Shown: positions 48,676 through 60,213 of the stretch, piece by piece
Layout: each line of letters begins with the position of its first letter
Numbering within the stretch: the stretch's first letter is position 1
DNA from: Octopus sinensis
Lineage: Eukaryota
Direction of reading: 5' to 3'
Length of the DNA stretch: 64,000 nt
Assembly (NCBI RefSeq): GCF_006345805.1
Contig: NC_043000.1
Span: 117,180,001 to 117,244,000, forward strand
Notes under the pieces: model-generated
The model's database searches: none
The model's input: the letters and a program-made list of their open reading frames with translations, nothing else
What the model was told of the DNA's origin: nothing
Position numbers and translations under genes: made by a program

Positions 48676-50579
48676 CGCACAACAGCTTCCACAAGGACAT
48701 GTGTTACATCAAAAATTCTTGGTTGGGGATGCAAATCCTCTCATTCACGTACGACATAATGCGGCAGCAGCATAGAATTGAAGCGTCCATCTCTTTCTTC
48801 TCTCAATGTAGAATGAGGAAAATTGGATGTTGAGGTAATGTAAATAAATAAATACATATATAGAGGTGAAGATGGAGGGGCGAGAGTTCGGGACGAGGGA
48901 TAAAAAATGTATAAAAAGTGTAAGTATAGAATAATATAAAAATGTAGAGGATAAAGATATAAAGAGTTGTAAGGAGATGTAAAGGGGGTATAAAGAAATA
49001 TAAAGAAATATAAATAAATGTAAAGGCATAAGGTTATAAAGTAAAAATAGAAATAGAAATAAAAGTAAAAAACCTGATAAAAACATGATAAAAGTGTAAA
49101 AGAATGTAAAGATAAGGGATGTATAGAGGTTACGGACCAAGCATGGTGGTCAGGAGTTTGATAAAATTTAGTTGTAGAATTGTCAGTAAATCAACAGTTT
49201 CGTCTGGGGACCTAATGCGTTGTAAATCAGAGCTGATGAGCATTTAATCTGGTTCCTTGAATTAAATGGACTTCTAGTACATACATATCATCATGGATAC
49301 ATACACCCACATACACGCGTACATATACGCCTCCAAGCCTATAAGCATACACACGCACTCGCGTGTAAACACGTACATAAACACACACGCACCCACATGC
49401 ACGCGCGTACACACACATACATACAACAGAATATCCGCATGTATACACGGACATTATACGCGTACACACTCACATGTATATACGCGCGCTCATCACTACA
49501 TACACACACGTATATGCCCACGCCTCTAGGTCTAGGTATAAGATATTAAAGGATGTGTATAAGAACGTATGTAAAGAATCCCGTACTCATGTCTATACGT
49601 GCACGCACACACGGCTGTGTGTCCGTATGCGCGTGCACCTATACACTCATATACACACACAGAGACACACGCGCACATGGGTCTAGCTATAAGATATCGA
49701 AGTATGCATGTACGTATATACGCGTGCATATGTATGTATGCGTATACACACGTACGCGGACGCTCGTATAGTCAAAAAGTGGATCCGTAGGTAAGTAAAT
49801 AAACATATATAGAGGTGTAAAGCGATAAGTTATGGGTAAGAATGAGGGTAAGGGTGAAGATTAGAAATAAAAAATACAGTATAAAATAAGAATACAATGT
49901 AATAGTTAGAAATGAAATATAAGAATTATAAAATTATAAGAGTTAAGGTAAGGGATGAAAATAAAAATGAGAATAAATGGAAGTAGAATAAAAGTAAAAA
50001 TAAAATTAAAAATAAAAATAAATGGAAGTAGGATAAAAGTAAAAATAAAAGTAAAAATAAAAATAAAAAAAATAAAATAAGATAAAAGTATAATTTGGTA
50101 AAGTTTAACATGAGATGAAGGTGGTTGAAAGTTAGAGGTGTGTGTTAAACGTAGGGGCGGGCGGGGGGAACTGAAAATTGGAAGGGTGGGAAGTGGAGTT
50201 TGGCGGTGTACGTTCAACATCCGAGTTAGAAATGTGAAAGGGTATAGATATAGGGAATTAAAGAGACTACATAGGGAGGATATGGGTGTAGGAGAAGAAA
50301 TATTTAGGGAAAAGAAGTCATATATGGGAGACAAAATTTGTATATATAGGAGGAAAATGCAGGGAACCGTATATGCACATACACACACCCACACACACAC
50401 ACACACACACGCACATGTACATGTATATATATATGTACACATACGTACACGTATGTGCACATACATACGCACACACACACACATACACATATACACGCAC
50501 ATATAGGAAAGCGGGATGTGCTGGAGCCGACAGGTTGCACCGGGTGGGAGGAAATTGCATGGGGGAGTTGGTATAAGAC

Positions 50580-52074
50580 CTAAGCATTGTAGTATTTGAA
50601 AGTATTAATAAGTTTATGTATACAGGATGGTTTGAACTCTGACCTTTTGTTAATAAGATTGTGTTTGTCTTTGAATTTCAAGATGTTCAGGAGTTCTACA
50701 CAACATAGTTGGCATCCTGCTCTATTATTTAAATAAGGTGCAGCTGATCCGATGATGGACCATCTGAGTTTGAAGCCTATGCATTTGTCTTTTAATTCCC
50801 AAATTCTTTTAGAGAGGGAGGTGCTGTTAGCCTTATGTCTGTGTCTCAGCGAGGACCGGTGGTTGTAGTATCTGGATTTCCAGGAGGTTGAGCAACCAAT
50901 ATAGGTGAGTGTGTTAAACTGAGTACTCACCTCACATGAGTATATTACGTTTTTCGCCCTACATGCGCCCTGCAGCGGGCACTCTGATGCACATCTGCAG
51001 TTGCATTGCATTGCATTATTCGGTCGTGTGCTGCTAATCCCAGGCGGAGGTGTTGCAATACGAGTGGGGGCGTTGGTATCCTCCTGGTTGTTGATGGGTG
51101 TAGTATTTCCTCTGTTGTGTTGGCGGGTGTTATTACTAACTGTTTGGGTAGTATGGCTGCCAGTCTGGTTATATTGTCTACTGTCTAGATGAGGGGGGTT
51201 CTGTTGGTCGCTATGGTTTGCTCTTGATCTAGCTGTTCTAATATTAATATAGTTATGTTTAGCTATGAGGCAGCTCATGTTGGGCAGGGTAGAGTAGGAA
51301 ATCCTAATAGTTTTGTTGGAGAAGATACTTCTATACTTGTGGGTGGGTGGGAAGTTGTTGGAAATTATAGAGAATATTCTCTTACATAACTTACCCCTAA
51401 CTGCTAAGTTGAAAGGTATGTTGAACCATATATATTTGCGTAATCTGCTATTATCCCTTCTATTTCTCCTAATAGGATCTATATTGCTCTCGTCGGGAGG
51501 GTTACTTTTGTGTGCTATTCTATTAGTTCGCCTATTTCCTATACGTTGTTTGGAGTTTAAATTAGAATTATCGCTAGTGTGAGTTGAGTGCTGAGTTCGA
51601 TTATAAATGGGAGTCTTATGGCCGACGGACGCTCCCGGGTGGTCTACATATGATATTCTCTGGTTATACCCGGCACTATAGAGAGCCTGGTTGTAGTGTT
51701 GTGCATGATTATTGAAAATTTCTCTATTAGAGGATAGTTTTGTCAGTCTGTCTGAGATGGCTTGGACCGTGGTGCTAATTATACAGGGTGGATGGTTGGA
51801 AGAGTATGGATGTATTTGGTAGTTTCTTCGGGTTTCCTATACGGGTGGTGAAGGTGCTTATTCAAATCTAACGTAACATCTAAGAAGTTTACTATTTTAG
51901 TATTGGTCATAAATTCTAGTTTAAGATTGAAGGATTTGAAAAAAAGCCTGATCTTTTTCCTAATTCTTTCTAGTTTACTCCTATTGTTGGTGGGGTATAT
52001 GAAGAGAGCGTCGTCTCTGTATAGACCCCCCTGAAGATCCGGTACCTCGGAGAAAAGCTTCTTGAGCAGGTAGG
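50580..52074 (-). pseudogene. PLE-A RT/GIY-YIG ORF remnant
   Basis: About 400 open codons from about 51800 to 50580 by manual translation, plus the upstream YRDD frame. No N-terminus is present. Confidence 0.85.
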
Positions 52075-52076
52075 CT

Positions 52077-53680
52077 CAAAAACGAACGCTCCTGTCCGTT
52101 AGAAGGGAAATGTCTAGTGAAAGGAGTAGTTTATAGAGCCAAGGTGCAAGTGGAAGGCTCATCGGAATACAAGACATACACAGGGGCTTCAGAAAATTCA
52201 TTTAAAACAAGATTTTATTCTCATAAGAATTCTTTTAAATACCCAGAGAATAGGAAGAAAACCAGCCTAGCAAAATATGTCTGGGAACTAAAAGAAAAGG
52301 AAGCCCCACCTTTCAACGTGACATGGAGCATTCTGGACAGGGCGGCACCATACAGGCATGGAGCTTACAAATATAATTTCAAGTGCAGGCTTTGCTTATT
52401 AGAGAAAATGCACATCTTATTCAAAGACAATAATTCTTTGAATCAAAGAAGTGAGTTAATGAACTTATGTAGGCACGCGGCTAAATTTAAAATGTCGAAT
52501 ATAAATATACCATATGGATAGAGTATATATTTTGTATTTTGATTTTGATTTTGATTTTGACTCTTGAGCGCTACGACGGATCTATAGCAAAGTCTTATTG
52601 TTCTACATATATATTAGGAAAAACCTACAAACTTTGTTTTCATGTTATTGTATTGCATAGGATTACCTTGATTATTTATATTACCTTGATTATTTATAAA
52701 TGACCCAAAATAGGATGTTATATTTTATTTTATATGTCTTTCGTATATATTTTTATTAATGCACCCATTTTTTAAAAGCAATGTTTTTTTAAAAAAAAGC
52801 AATGTTGTCAAAATAGAATGTTTATATAAGTATGTGTATAGCAAAGCATATGTATTTGTAAGCATGCGTATCTGTGTATGTGTAAGTGAAAGTATGCTTG
52901 TGCTTAAGCACGCATACACACGACGGTATGTATATGTATCAATTCAAACTTGTGTATGTATACTGGCCTCTAGATGCCAATAACATCGCTACAAGTTTTT
53001 TCCCCACCCCTCCTTCGTTCCTTTTTCTCTCTTTCCCTTTCTTTCGTTCCCCCTCCTTGCTCAGTATATGAGAATTGCTACATAGATGAATTTTAGCTTG
53101 CGTGCGAGACGGTTTGCGTGAATATATGTACACATGCTTTTATGTGTATAATTTAGATTCATATTCATACGTCTGTATATGTATGTATGGCGTTTACGCG
53201 CATCCTTTTGTGTATGTTGATATATATATGTGGATTTTAATATAAATATGTATTGCAGTATTTATAACAGGTTTAATTTCTATGCATTAATTTGTACTGT
53301 CTTCATTAACGGCAATAGGTTTTTAAATCGGTTTTTTCCTCGGATTTTATAATTTTTATAATTTTTATAAGTTTTTTTATATATATATACATATATTTTT
53401 GACCTTTTTGTTTATCGCTCGAAGATTGACCGTTTTTTCTAAAAGACCAATCAAACAAGTCCATTTCTTTTTAAAGGTGTAGCGTTTGTAAGAGTATAGA
53501 TTGAATTAATATATAAGTTCCATTCTAGCAAAAACTGTCTGATGAACGGCAACGAGAAACTCAGAGTAACAGATTTTGTTGAATTTTCTGCTGCTTAAAA
53601 TAAAGCATATTACTCTACCACTGGTATTTGAGTACTCTTTTTTCCACCTTGTTTCACATTTATGTGTTTACTCCGGTATA
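52077..53680 (+). mobile_element. Penelope-like element family B, 5'-truncated (GIY-YIG, 3' region, HHR)
   Basis: SCPLEGKCLVKGVVY...YTG...RFYSH...CRLCLLEK...LNQRSELMNLCRH (ORF 52117-52521), (TTTTGA)n, and an HHR at 53531-53577. Confidence 0.88.
53531..53577 (+). ncRNA. Minimal type I hammerhead at the PLE-B 3' terminus
   Basis: Same sequence as 25026-25072, on the opposite strand. Confidence 0.8.
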
Positions 53681-53808
53681 TATATATATATATATAGTAA
53701 TACTAAGCAATTAAGGGTTTAGCAACGAATTGCCTCACCACACACCGAATTTAGAAATAGCAGTCAAAGAGTTATAGCTATTCTTTCTACTATATATATT
53801 CTTTCTAC

Positions 53809-53852
<44 letters not shown>

Positions 53853-54942
53853 GAAGATGGCTCATCTGGAAAAGAAGCTTAGACCCCGCAACATGGCTAA
53901 ATTCAGGAACTGAGCTTTTCGGATCATGTCCATATGTGGCTAAATAGTTGTTATGCTTTTGGTCCCCCACCCCGAGATTACAGATAGGACTTGCTTTCTA
54001 TATTGTGTCCACATACAAGCTTTTTAACTCTCTATACTTTTTACTTATTTTTCTTATATATCTTATATATATATATATTTTTTTACATATTTATAGAGAT
54101 ATTATTTTATAGTCTTATTGTTCATATAATTTTTACACATATTTTTTCTGTATTCTACCTTCCACCCTGCATTTTTCCTGTGCGTATATAGACGTGTATA
54201 TTGAATTTTTTGTGTGCACGTGTGAATGTGTGCGCGTGTTCGGGTATGTGCGTGTATAGACGTGTGTGTGTGCGTGCATGCGAGTATGTCCGTATATAGA
54301 CGTGTTTTACTCTTATTCCTTATTTTTTAAACCTTTTTCTTACACATTTTACTGTATTTTGCCTTTAGCCCTGTTTTTTCTTGTGCATGTGCGTATATAG
54401 ATGTGTGTTTGAACCCTTATTTGTGCGTGTGGGTGTGCGTGCGAGCATGTATGTATATAATTTTTGGCGAATGTGTGGGTGAAGATGTGTGTGTTTCAAG
54501 TGAGGGTGGATGAGTATATACCTGTAGGCGCATGTACATGGGTGTGTGGGCGCGCATGTGTATGTATGGACATGCGCGCTTACGCGATTACTATGAACAT
54601 TTTTACTCCCTTACCTTTACCCCCCCCCCTTAGCCTCATTCTAATAGATCTTTAGTGTTAATAACGGTTAACGCCACAGTAATTTCGCTTTGTTTTAACG
54701 GTCATTTTCATAGCATTTTTTTCGATGGCCTGATAACTGAAGAGATACCGGCGTAGCTTTCCGCCCCGACATCCCAAACTCGGAGTTTTATCATGGCTAC
54801 CGAATAACTGTCACATATTATATTTATAGATAAATTCCTCTATTTACATAATATCGAGGTCTTTTTCATTCTTTTGTTGTCTAGCCATTTCTATCAATAT
54901 ATATATATATATATACATACACACACACACACACACACACAC

Positions 54943-54999
<57 letters not shown>

Positions 55000-55182
55000 A
55001 GAATTCACAAAGAAAAACAAAAGACGAAATCAGGTGGTGCAGAAAACAAACAGATGTATTAGTATAACGCTCGGGAGTTGAAAAAGTCTTTAAAGTTTCG
55101 AGCCTACGCTCTTCCACAGAAAGAAACAGGGAGAGAAAAAAAGGAAGAAAATGTGCTTCCAAATATTTTTAGTTGTTCATGA

Positions 55183-55228
<46 letters not shown>

Positions 55229-55431
55229 GAAATAGAAAGATGAATAATCTTGTTGCAGATTATTCAAAAGTTTAACCGATACCTTGGTAGCAAAAATCAC
55301 AGCAGAAGACAGCACGGTTGGAGGTACAACCATATGGTGTTGCAACCGTGCGTTTGTGCGGATAATTGAATTTTAATATTATTAGTGAATTGAAGAAATG
55401 GAGTTGAACGAAGATTGAACAGAAATCGTTT

Positions 55432-55524
55432 TATTGCATTCTACACGTGTTTCGAAAGGCACAATTTACCAAATTCCGAATGAATAATGAGACCATATTG
55501 TGTCTTTCTCTTCAGGAAGAAATA
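55432..55524 (-). ncRNA. Mirror copy of the same hammerhead in the palindrome left arm
   Basis: Reverse complement of 55714-55806. Confidence 0.8.
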
Positions 55525-55713
55525 GGAAATCCGTTGGAATAAACAAAAACAGAACAGAGGCGGAGCAAAACAAATCGAACGAGGCTCCTAAGAGCCCATG
55601 GCCAAACTGTCTATCAATGTATGTTGAAAACTGGTGGTGGGTGCGTTGAGGAGCCTCGTTCGATTTGTTTTGCTCCGCCTCTGTTCTGTTTTTGTTTATT
55701 CCAACGGATTTCC

Positions 55714-55806
55714 TATTTCTTCCTGAAGAGAAAGACACAATATGGTCTCATTATTCATTCGGAATTTGGTAAATTGTGCCTTTCGAAACACGTGTAGAAT
55801 GCAATA
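55714..55806 (+). ncRNA. Type I hammerhead with a long stem II, in the palindrome right arm
   Basis: uauuucuuc-CUGAAGA-GAAAGACACAAU...AUUGUGCCUUUC-GAAA-CACGUGU-A-gaaugcaaua. Stem III ACACGUGU is a palindrome. Confidence 0.85.
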
Positions 55807-55858
55807 AAACGATTTCTGTTCAATCTTCGTTCAACTCTATTTCTTCAATTCACTAATA

Positions 55859-55920
<62 letters not shown>

Positions 55921-55926
55921 ATATAT

Positions 55927-55978
<52 letters not shown>

Positions 55979-57372
55979 ATATATCATGAGCAACTAAAAA
56001 TATTTGTAAGCACATTTTCCACATGTATAAAAAAGGTAATTGAAAAATGTATTTAGATAACTATTTCATTTTATGGCTAGATGACTAATAAAGCCATCGA
56101 ATTTGAAAGTTTTATTAGTACCATTAGCCATTATATAAAATTGGCAACGGGTTTCAGCAGATGGAACTGCCATTTTTGTGTTCGATATTCTATTAAACAA
56201 AATACACGGAATAAAGGAAACAGCTCGTTACAGCCATCTGCCACTATTCTCTACATGTCATCTTAAACATACAAGTACGAACTACTCATTCAAATCTGGA
56301 ATCCTTCAAAATGTAATACAAACTGGAAATACACATTGATTAAAGATCAACAAAAAAAGTCCTTCATCCACCGAGAGATAAATATCATTTATGTACAGGG
56401 TATGACGATACAAGCTACTAATAGTCTTTTTTTTTCTTGGAGACAAGGGTCCAGGTAGGATTTTATGACACGCTTTGTGTCTCCAAGCAATATTCGGTCT
56501 CTGAGCACAAGCTCCATTCCATTTTAAATCACGAGCAAAAACGAGAAAGTAAACGTGTATGGTGTATCGTTGTGCCTGTGTCTGTCCCGTCATCGCTTGA
56601 CAACCGATGTTGGTGAGTTCACGGTTCGGCGAAAGTAGCCGACAGAATATGCACCAGGGTTAAAAATAAGTTTCTGGGTCGATTCATTCGAATCAAATTC
56701 TTTAAGGCTGTGCCCTAGCATGGCTGCAGTCTAATGAGTGAAACAAGCAAAAGGAAAAAAATATAGGAATGAATCTATTTAATTTTTAAGTATTTCTAAT
56801 TTAAAAGTGCACCGATTCTTTTACAGAGCAATAACGAAAGAACGAAGAAAAGCTATTTATTAAGAAGTGTAAACCACACTTAAACGTTTCATTAATAAAC
56901 ACTTTCAATAATCTGTCTTGCAACAAAGAATATATTAATGTAAAGAAAAGTGTTACAACATTGTTTTTATTATTTTTGTTATAGAAATACAATGATATAA
57001 TGGAAACTGTTCATTCTCATAGACCAGTGTCAAGTATGTAACCAGCTAGTATTAATTGTGAAAATATTAATATGAAAATATTAAGATATCTAAGAGATAT
57101 AAATTGTTTATTATTTGTTAATTAATACATCTAAAAGCAATAGTTTTTTCAACCTACTCGTACAATTTCATATTCCTTATGTTTACGTAACATAGCAATT
57201 ATTTCAAATGAGACGTGTATTTTTCACTCTCAATCTGCTTCTACAGTATAATTTATACATAGCACTTCAACCATTTTTAATATCTATCTATCTATCTATC
57301 CATCCCACTCACCCTCTCTCTCTATATTTATATATGCACACACACTCACACACACACACGCACACTAACACA

Positions 57373-58263
57373 CAGAGGATGCGGTGAATAAACTGTTGTC
57401 TAAATCATAGAGAATTGAAAATAGCACTGTCATCTTATTTTAACAGATATATTCACCAAGATTACATAAAAATATCTTCAAGTATTAGAGTAAATTTATT
57501 CAATAAAATCGCCATTAGCTTCAACCACGACCTCCAGACGACTTCGGAATCTCCTGCAACTCTTCTAGACGGTCTCCTTGTTTAACTTGGTGAATGCTGC
57601 CATAATCCTTGCCTTCAGTTCATCTTTGGTGTTACAAGGAATTTTTGCTGATCTCTCGCTCAACAGTGCCCCACACAATAATCAAGGCGATTGCAGTCTG
57701 GGGGAGTTAGGTAGCCAGATATTAGGAGTGATGTGGTCACAGAAATCGTCTGACAGCTATGACTGGGTTCTCTTGCTAGTGTGGCATGGGGCAGAGTCCT
57801 GTTGCCAGACACAGGGTCTTCCATCAGCCTCCCTCTTGATCCAGGGCAGGACTACCTCCTCCAAACACTTGATGTAAACCTCCGGGTTAAGTCTGAGGCT
57901 GTGTGGAACGATGAATGGAGGCATAACATCCTCATCACTAGTGCTCATTCCAAACACCATGATGCTGACTAGATGTTTGATTTTTATGATTCTCGGTACA
58001 TGTTATGGGGACATGAACTCTCCTCAGATTGACACCCAAACACTCTGAAATGTTCATATTGGAGCTTCCGGCGCGAATGCCAAGCAGTACAGCATGTCGC
58101 TTCCAAATTTCTGGCAGAGTGAATTGCGTCACGGTGCTGATTTTCTCACGGACGTACCCAACTGACCCTACTATACTGTGTAGTCGACAAAATCAAAAAC
58201 AAACAATGCGCATGTGCGAAATTAAAAAATATAGAATGGCGAAAATTTACTCATCGCACCCTA
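57373..58263 (-). mobile_element. Tc1/mariner superfamily (maT/DD37D-like) element, decayed
   Basis: ORF 57757-57960 carries WQQDSAPCHTSKRTQS, followed by WLPNSPDCNRL. Imperfect TIRs AGGATGCGGTGAATAAACT and AGGGTGCGATGAGTAAATT. Confidence 0.75.
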
Positions 58264-58267
58264 TATA

Positions 58268-58315
<48 letters not shown>

Positions 58316-58316
<1 letters not shown>

Positions 58317-58930
58317 ATCATCCATACTCTCAACAGTGCGCCTTTAAATATGGTTTCTGATTATAAATATCTTGGGTCATACATATCATCATCTGGAAAA
58401 GACTTTCTAACTAGAAAGGGTATGGCCTGGTCAGCCTGTAATGACATGCATAAGATCTGGTCATCAAATCTAAGTAGAGACTTCAAACTTGAAATATTCA
58501 AAGCCATAGTCGAACCAATTCTACTATATGGCTCAGAAACCTGGACGTTATCAAAGAAGCTTGAGAGGCGGTTGGATGGAACCTACACTCGCCTCCTTAT
58601 GAGAGCTCAAAATCTCTCGTGGAAGCGCCATCCAACCAAAATGCAAATATATGGGAAACTACCACCTGTGTCATCTCTTGTGAAAGGTAGGAGAGTCCAG
58701 TTTGCTGGACATTGTTGTAGAGCTGAAAAAGAAGTAATTTCTACTCTTCTCCTCTGGAAGCCATCTACTCGCAATACCAGAGGGCGCACACTCTCCTACC
58801 CTGATGTAATCTCCAGGGATGCAGGCATCCAGCAACAGGACCTCCGTAATGCTATGATGGACCGTGAAGTCTGGCGTAACATAGTAAATTCCATTGTCTC
58901 GACCACGGTCGAACAATGATGATGATGATG
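58316..58930 (+). mobile_element. 5'-truncated RTE-clade LINE 3' end with a (GAT)n tail
   Basis: Open frame YKYLGS...ILLYGSETWTL...FAGHCCR...AMMDREVW*, typical of the RTE C-terminal region. The tail is GATGATGATG and the 5' junction abuts (GT)n. Confidence 0.9.
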
Positions 58931-59024
58931 TGTGAAGAAGGTTGAAAAGGAACACACGAGTTAATATGTATTAGGAAAATAAGACAAGGGAGAAAATGCT
59001 AAAATAATTTTATCATGAAGAACA

Positions 59025-59065
59025 TTTTAGTACCGGTTTCAGTCTTTGCGACTTTTTCAACTTAG
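59025..59065 (-). ncRNA. Hammerhead, U3-A8 variant, weak stem I
   Basis: UUGAAAA-AGUC(GCAAA)GACU-GAAA-CCGGU-A. Stem I has only about 2 good pairs. Confidence 0.6.
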
Positions 59066-59304
59066 AGTAAAGCATGAAAAATAATTAAATTGTGGAAAAA
59101 TGAAATGAAATGTTCTTTTACAATGTTTCCATAGTTTTCAAATACAAGTGACATTTTCCTTTTTTCTGTCTGTTTGTCTCTCTTCTTTACTCTTGTGAAG
59201 GCTTGGTAGTAGGTAGTATGTAGACGCAGTCCTAAAAGAATATTTTATGTGGGTTCTTGGTTTTGACTGTTTAAGCAGCAGTAGCCGAGAAAGGAGGCGG
59301 CGGC

Positions 59305-59346
<42 letters not shown>

Positions 59347-59375
59347 TGATGATGATGATGATGATAATAATAATG

Positions 59376-59449
<74 letters not shown>

Positions 59450-59500
59450 AAGAAGAAGAAGAAGAAGAAGAAGAAGAAGAAGACGAAGGAGTAGGAAAAG
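59305..59500 (+). repeat. Compound trinucleotide tract (AAT)n(GAT)n(AAT)n(AAG)n
   Basis: Seen directly. Confidence 0.95.
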
Positions 59501-59736
59501 AAGAAAAAGAATAAGAAATATGCGGGAGTTGTATGACAGTAGTATAACAGGATGTTAGTGGAATCCTCTTAAATGGTCAAGTGACCTAAAGGTGACCTGT
59601 TGTGGTTGCAATAGTAGTGATTGGAATTGATCTGAATGAATTCATTGGTAGTGACTGTTCTGAATATGTCGTTTTTAATATTTGCGTGGGTATTATTCTA
59701 AGGCCCTTGTAATAGTGTCATTTGTGGTGGACACAT

Positions 59737-59960
59737 TCAAAAGGGGTTTATATTTTCTGATAAAATAGGACTCTTTGCTAATGCGCTGATTATAGGTTGC
59801 ATCGTCCCTGAATGTATACAGAGGAAAACAATTCTAAAGCTGGGTTGTTCGTTAGTGGCGCAAATGTCGATGTATTCGCTGAATGCTATTTTTCTGTATT
59901 CCCGAATTTTTATCTGGAATCTATGTAGAGTCATCCTCTGACGTAGACAGTTTTTGGTTT

Positions 59961-59963
<3 letters not shown>
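59737..59963 (-). mobile_element. Penelope-type GIY-YIG fragment next to (TA)n
   Basis: [35 protein letters not shown] is homologous to the fragment at about 26890-27000. Confidence 0.6.
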
Positions 59964-60010
<47 letters not shown>

Positions 60011-60076
60011 CTATATATATATATATACATATATATACACGCGCGCGCACACACACATGCAAATAAATAGACAGAC

Positions 60077-60120
<44 letters not shown>

Positions 60121-60159
60121 GATAGATAGATAGATAAGAGAGAGAATGAGAAAGTATGA

Positions 60160-60213
<54 letters not shown>

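Larger units (their letters stand above)
48558..52076 (-). mobile_element. Penelope-like element family A, 5'-truncated (RT C-terminal half, GIY-YIG, long 3' region, terminal HHR)
   Basis: GLYRDD at 52021-52010, then NFLDVTLDL, one frameshift near 51800, and an open frame to the stop at 50580. That frame has WFNIPF, CNCRCASECPLQGAC, VIY..YIG, YYNH and CQLC. The element ends in an HHR beside (TA)n. Confidence 0.88.
55376..55862. repeat. Near-perfect 214-bp inverted repeat with a 59-nt spacer
   Basis: Arms 55376-55589 and 55649-55862; one mismatch seen by eye. An outer inverted pair lies at about 55146-55185 and 55982-56020. Confidence 0.92.

Noticed and set aside
49228-49285. CUGAUGA followed by an 8-bp hairpin and ACU-UCU-AGU-A
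   Set aside because: The GAAA half of the core is missing, stem I does not pair, and it is antisense to PLE-A.
50580-52074. Selenoprotein-coding (Naiad-type) PLE
   Set aside because: The endonuclease is C-terminal, not N-terminal, and manual translation of about 51800-50580 shows no in-frame TGA.
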